A stretch of DNA of 64,000 bases. Origin: Patescibacteria group bacterium (GTDB lineage Bacteria > Patescibacteriota > Patescibacteriia > Magasanikbacterales > UBA922). Made by a program: the position numbers and the translations under genes. The stretch is from the NCBI GenBank assembly GCA_018823045.1, contig JAHJIX010000013.1, positions 21,125-85,124 of the forward strand. Reading direction: 5' to 3'. The notes beneath the pieces were generated by a model that made no database searches, was not told the DNA's origin, and was given only the letters and a program-made list of their open reading frames with translations. Shown piece by piece: positions 60,511 to 64,000 of this stretch (positions within the stretch are counted from its first letter, which is position 1; every line of letters starts with the position of its first letter).

Positions 60511-61039
60511 TCTTTTTTCTGCAGATGATCGCTTGAGCCTATATGGCTTGAGAGGAAAGTCCGAACTTCCTCTGACTTGTCAGAGTCATGGTAGTGGCTA
60601 ACGACCACCTCTCTATTTGTGAAAATATGAGACGGGAAAGTGCCGCAGAGACTATACTCGTTTTGCATAACAAAACGACCCTGAGTCTGCCGAAGGGTTT
60701 CAACCAATCGAGCAGAAGCATTATATCAGAGTTATTTTGTTATGCAAGACAAAAGGTGAAAAGTGTAGAGATATTTTTATTCTATAGATAAAAGTTACTC
60801 TACTCGATTATATGGCAACATATAATTGTGGTAAACCCTACCTGGAGAAAGAGCAGCCTTGGCTTCACTTCATTACGCCTCGTTTACAAAACGTAGCATA
60901 GATGCACTGTTTACAGGGCGCAATGAAGTGAAGCCCTGGAAAAGTTCGCTCGTTAGAGCAAAATAGCAATGTTTTGCCTAGAGAAATGATCATCACCTGC
61001 ATAGCAGGAACAAAATTCGGCTTATAGCAGAAAAAAAGA
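60511..61039 (+). ncRNA. rnpB: RNase P RNA (type-B-like features) carrying a long expansion hairpin
   Basis: P4 strands GAGGAAAGTCCG (60551) and ACAAAATTCGGCTTATAGC (61007-61025); GGGAAAGTGCCGCAGAG module (60643); P1 pairing cttttttctgc / gcagaaaaaag; own promoter and terminator (61041-61076). Confidence 0.8.
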
Positions 61040-61088
61040 CAAAAAAGCAGCAAAATAGTAATTTGTTGCTTTTTTGTACACAAAAGAA

Positions 61089-61117
61089 TTGACAAATACT
61101 TAAAAATAGCTTAGTAT
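61089..61117 (+). promoter_or_regulatory. sigma70-type promoter (TTGACA-17-TAGTAT) for ORF 61168
   Basis: TTGACA 61089-61094; TAGTAT 61112-61117. Confidence 0.45.
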
Positions 61118-61167
61118 AGCTAAGCCCTAGAGGGGTCATTACAAAACAAGAACCAAAACATACCCGA

Positions 61168-61848
61168 TTGGAGATAAACATGTGTGATAAAACAAAAGAA
61201 TTCGGCATAAACATCATCATTGGAACAAATCACTCCGATTTTGTACCAAAGGGTGCAAGAGAAATTATTGAAGAATTCTTGAGAAAATTTCTTCAATATT
61301 TAAACATACCCGCCGAACATATCTATACCGTGATCTTAGGTCAAATGACAAAAGGGACGGGAACAAAAATCAATAGGGGTATTCATGTAATTCGTTTTAC
61401 TAATGGAAAACAAATTACATTAGAATTCCAAGCTACTAATGGAAAAGGAAAAGGTGATGGAAATGGTGGTGCACGTGAATATCATTTCACTCCGCCCCAA
61501 CATCTGTTAGACAGCAGTGGAAAAACTCCTGAAGAGCTATTTAACATTATGCGTAAAATAGCTAAGGGAGAAGAAACACCCACAGAACGAGTAACACGCC
61601 TCTTGAGAGAAAAGCAACAGGCACAAAGAGAAAGGCAACAGGCACAAAGTGAACTTGCTAAAATAAAAAGAGAAATAGGAAAACTCGAACAAAGAGCGGA
61701 AAATGCTGAACTTACAGTATTATCTAGAGATGAAGAAATAGGAGAAGTCGCAGGAAATATTGCAACTTCTCTACATGAATTCATAATTAACACGTATGGG
61801 GGGGAACTTCCTCAAGAAATTATGACTCTTGTAAAAGAACAACTCTAA
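61168..61848 (+). CDS. hypothetical protein with C-terminal coiled-coil
   Basis: 226-aa ORF (alternative start MCDKTKEF at 61180); Q/E/R-rich heptad region; no domain recognised; flanked by inverted copies of CCTAGAGGGGT. Confidence 0.5.
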   Translation: MEINMCDKTKEFGINIIIGTNHSDFVPKGAREIIEEFLRKFLQYLNIPAEHIYTVILGQMTKGTGTKINRGIHVIRFTNGKQITLEFQATNGKGKGDGNGGAREYHFTPPQHLLDSSGKTPEELFNIMRKIAKGEETPTERVTRLLREKQQAQRERQQAQSELAKIKREIGKLEQRAENAELTVLSRDEEIGEVAGNIATSLHEFIINTYGGELPQEIMTLVKEQL

Positions 61849-61851
61849 ATT

Positions 61852-61882
61852 AAGAAAGCCACCCCTCTAGGTGCTTTTTTTT
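61852..61882 (+). terminator. intrinsic terminator of ORF 61168
   Basis: agccacc-cctctag-ggtgct then T8. Confidence 0.6.
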
Positions 61883-62023
61883 ACGCAAAAAATATGTATA
61901 TAACAAAAAAAGTTTCATATATTATGAGACTTTTTTTATTAATTGTGCTTGCCGAGATATGGCGACAAACCTGATACTGTATGCCACGTAAAATTCTCCC
62001 TACGGTCGAATCACGTGGCATGT

Positions 62024-62047
62024 AAAAAACAGCTAACGCTGTTTTTT
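62024..62047. terminator. bidirectional intrinsic terminator 3' of tRNA-Leu(GAG)
   Basis: aaaacagc-taac-gctgtttttt. Confidence 0.65.
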
Positions 62048-62051
62048 CATG

Positions 62052-62136
62052 TGCTCAGAAGAGGACTTGAACCTCCACGAGAAAAAATTCTCACAAGGCC
62101 CTCAACCTTGCGCGTCTACCATTCCGCCACCTGAGC
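62052..62136 (-). tRNA. tRNA-Leu(GAG), type II
   Basis: Reverse complement GCTCAGGTGGCGGAATGGTAGACGCGCAAGGTTGAGGGCCTTGTGAGAATTTTTTCTCGTGGAGGTTCAAGTCCTCTTCTGAGCA. Anticodon loop TTGAGGG (anticodon GAG); long variable arm. Confidence 0.8.
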
Positions 62137-62148
62137 ATATGCGCCTTA

Positions 62149-62910
62149 TTAAAAGCGACGTTCTTTACCCACAATCATTGCTACACGACTTTTTGCAAGA
62201 CGAATAGTAATTTTTGTCTCTTTTGTTACTCGACCATCTGCTTCAACCACAAATGGTTTTTTGCTACTTACAACCATTTCTTCAAATGGAAAAACACTCG
62301 GATCTTCATAAATATCTCGCCAAACACCCTTTTTATGCATTGGTCGCAAAAAGGCTTCTAGTTTTCCATCTTGAGGGTGAATAATATATTGATGCTTACC
62401 TTTATCTTTCCATACAAATGGTTGAAGATTACATACGACAAGCTCCATTTTATTATTCTTTGAAGAAACCAAAAACTTTTCATCATACTCAACCTCAATT
62501 GGATGAGGTGGAATATGTAATTGAGAAATAAAGTAACGATTATTTACCCAACCAACATCTAAGCGAATTTTTCTACGACGAGACAGAGTGTCACAAGCTT
62601 CTACACCAATGGGAATACCAAGAACCGGTGCAATAGTATTATTTCCTCCTACAGGTAAAAAACCAAAGATAATATCACTTTTAGCTGCATGAGATAAGAC
62701 TCTTCCAAAAGTTGCATCATTCCCGACGATAACGACGGTTGTTGCCCCTTTTAATATTTCATCTTCAATAATAGCCCCTGAATTTGTAAACTGTTGTAGC
62801 CGAATTATTTTACCAGCAATACCAAAATCTGTCAAACGGTTTTCGATTGATTTCATGACAGTGTCGTATTTTTTTTGACGAAGAAAGTCATCGTACAAAT
62901 AGATGTACAT
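62149..62910 (-). CDS. diacylglycerol-kinase catalytic-domain family lipid kinase (YegS/BmrU-like), divergent
   Basis: 253 aa; DAGK_cat-like N-terminal half with degenerate GGDGT (VGNDATFG). Confidence 0.5.
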   Translation of the reverse strand: MYIYLYDDFLRQKKYDTVMKSIENRLTDFGIAGKIIRLQQFTNSGAIIEDEILKGATTVVIVGNDATFGRVLSHAAKSDIIFGFLPVGGNNTIAPVLGIPIGVEACDTLSRRRKIRLDVGWVNNRYFISQLHIPPHPIEVEYDEKFLVSSKNNKMELVVCNLQPFVWKDKGKHQYIIHPQDGKLEAFLRPMHKKGVWRDIYEDPSVFPFEEMVVSSKKPFVVEADGRVTKETKITIRLAKSRVAMIVGKERRF

Positions 62911-62971
62911 AATATGAGATGATAAAATAACCTATAGAAACTAGGATTCCCTTAGAATACACGTTCAAATA

Positions 62972-63460
62972 CTATACGTCAAATTCATCAAGCTCTTCTT
63001 CTGTAACATCATCTAGCTCGGTAACAGTAGATTTTCTTCCACGGCTAACACGACGATGCACTGGTTTCCCGCCTTCAATATCAATACCATTCATAGAAAT
63101 CTTTCCTTGAATGAGTGCCCCTGGAGCAACAGCAAATGTCTTACAAGTAATATCCCCAGAAATTTGTGCGGTTTCAGTTAATTCTAATTGATCTTCAATC
63201 TTTAAATTTCCTTTCACTTGTCCTGAAATAATCGCAAATCCTGCTTTTACATTTGCAAGAATTTTTGCACCCTCTTCTACGACAAGTTGACGGCTAGTTG
63301 TTACACTTCCAGAAACAGATCCTTTTACAATAATATTCCCTTCAGAAGCAAAATCACCCTCAACATTTACAGAAGGCCCAACAACTGTCTCTACTTCATC
63401 AGCATGACCACTTCCTACAAATTGGTCAACATCAGTATCTACATTTTGTTTTTGAAACAT
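62972..63460 (-). CDS. bactofilin (polymer-forming cytoskeletal protein)
   Basis: Beta-helical repeats VNVEGDFASEGNIIVKGSVSGSV...; acidic C-terminal tail. Confidence 0.8.
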   Translation of the reverse strand: MFQKQNVDTDVDQFVGSGHADEVETVVGPSVNVEGDFASEGNIIVKGSVSGSVTTSRQLVVEEGAKILANVKAGFAIISGQVKGNLKIEDQLELTETAQISGDITCKTFAVAPGALIQGKISMNGIDIEGGKPVHRRVSRGRKSTVTELDDVTEEELDEFDV

Positions 63461-63531
63461 AACAAAAATTATTTAAAAATAATAGTATTTATTTACCTAC
63501 ATAGTATACAAAAAAATAAAGAAAAAAACAA

Positions 63532-64000
63532 TCATTTCACTAAGCGCCGCTTATCCCCATACTGTACAACAATATCTTGTTTTTTTGCTTCTTCATTTTG
63601 TTTTTGTAACTCATGCTCTTCTATTCGTGGAATCCAAAAGCCAAAATCACTTCCTTTATGAAGTCCTCGACTCTTTGCCCACACTTTTCCCTTATGTGCT
63701 TCTATAAATTTTCGAGCAACATACAGTCCTAGACCAGTCCCATTGACATTTGTTCCTTCAACATTATGCCCTCTATAAAATTTTTGAAAGAAATTATCTT
63801 GATCAGCTTCACCAAATCCTTGCCCAGTATCTTTTACAGAAAAAATGACTCCACCATTTTCTTCTTTTACTACTACAGTTACTTTTCCTTTCTCCGTATA
63901 CTTAATTGCATTATCAATAAAATTACCCATCACCTCACGCAATTTATCAGCATCTATACAAATATTATCCATCTTCCCTGGATTTGTATATATAAGCTTT
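63532..64000 (-). CDS. sensor histidine kinase, C-terminal HATPase domain (gene continues beyond the window end)
   Basis: N, G1 and G2 boxes: IDNAIKYT, DTGQGF, GTGLGL. The reading frame is open to position 64000. Confidence 0.75.
   Translation of the reverse strand, partial: KLIYTNPGKMDNICIDADKLREVMGNFIDNAIKYTEKGKVTVVVKEENGGVIFSVKDTGQGFGEADQDNFFQKFYRGHNVEGTNVNGTGLGLYVARKFIEAHKGKVWAKSRGLHKGSDFGFWIPRIEEHELQKQNEEAKKQDIVVQYGDKRRLVK

Noticed and set aside
59004-60707. 5' extension of the sugar-transferase ORF (MVETLRQTQGRF…) reaching 60707
   Set aside because: The extension overlaps the RNase P RNA gene and its promoter on the opposite strand and lacks sugar-transferase similarity. The conserved protein starts at MKRFELFF (~60422).

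Overview
This is a low-GC (roughly mid-30s %) bacterial chromosomal segment, densely coded and mostly on the minus strand. Promoters are strikingly uniform: TTGACA, a 17-nt spacer, then TATACT or TATAAT. Several features point to a Gram-positive-like or Patescibacteria-like lineage (type-B-like RNase P motifs, a CIRCE operator before groES, a short YidC), but I cannot assign taxonomy from sequence alone.

Housekeeping content:
- rpmA, a divergent mazG-like gene, and a short Rel/SpoT homologue.
- parAB, scpAB, a PBP5-type carboxypeptidase, aspS, asnS, and an RsmB-like rRNA methyltransferase.
- A complete livKHMGF branched-chain amino-acid ABC transporter.
- Class III RNR genes nrdD and nrdG.
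- Tandem gpmI paralogs, tsaC, prfB, groES/groEL, yidC.
- A cell-envelope glycan cluster: an O-antigen-ligase-like protein, three GT4 glycosyltransferases and an initiating sugar transferase.
- DAG-kinase-like, bactofilin and the 3' end of a histidine kinase gene.
- RNA genes: tRNA-Leu(CAA), tRNA-Asn(GTT), tRNA-Leu(GAG) and RNase P RNA.

The accessory part is an AT-richer island at about 27.3-36.9 kb. It holds a TrmB regulator, a radical-SAM SplB-like protein, a T5orf172 (GIY-YIG-like) protein, a Type III restriction-modification system (Res and Mod), a MarR regulator and a RhuM-family protein. The res and mod genes are split by two unannotatable genes: a 257-aa cytoplasmic protein and a 175-aa three-TM protein. 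I consider this pair the best candidate for an undescribed defence or abortive-infection module.

Other oddities:
- The glycyl-radical motif of NrdD lies in frame but behind a 51-nt AT-rich insert carrying two stop codons.
- A ~33-nt structured motif with compensatory base changes occurs both next to tRNA-Asn and inside an expansion hairpin of RNase P RNA.
- A hypothetical gene is flanked by 11-bp inverted repeats between rnpB and tRNA-Leu.
- One iPGM paralog is catalytically degenerate.
- Two GC-rich hairpins sit between groES and groEL.
- A GC-rich islet encodes a small secreted protein.

I found no CRISPR array. A Type III RM system is present. The embedded two-gene cassette has no recognisable family.
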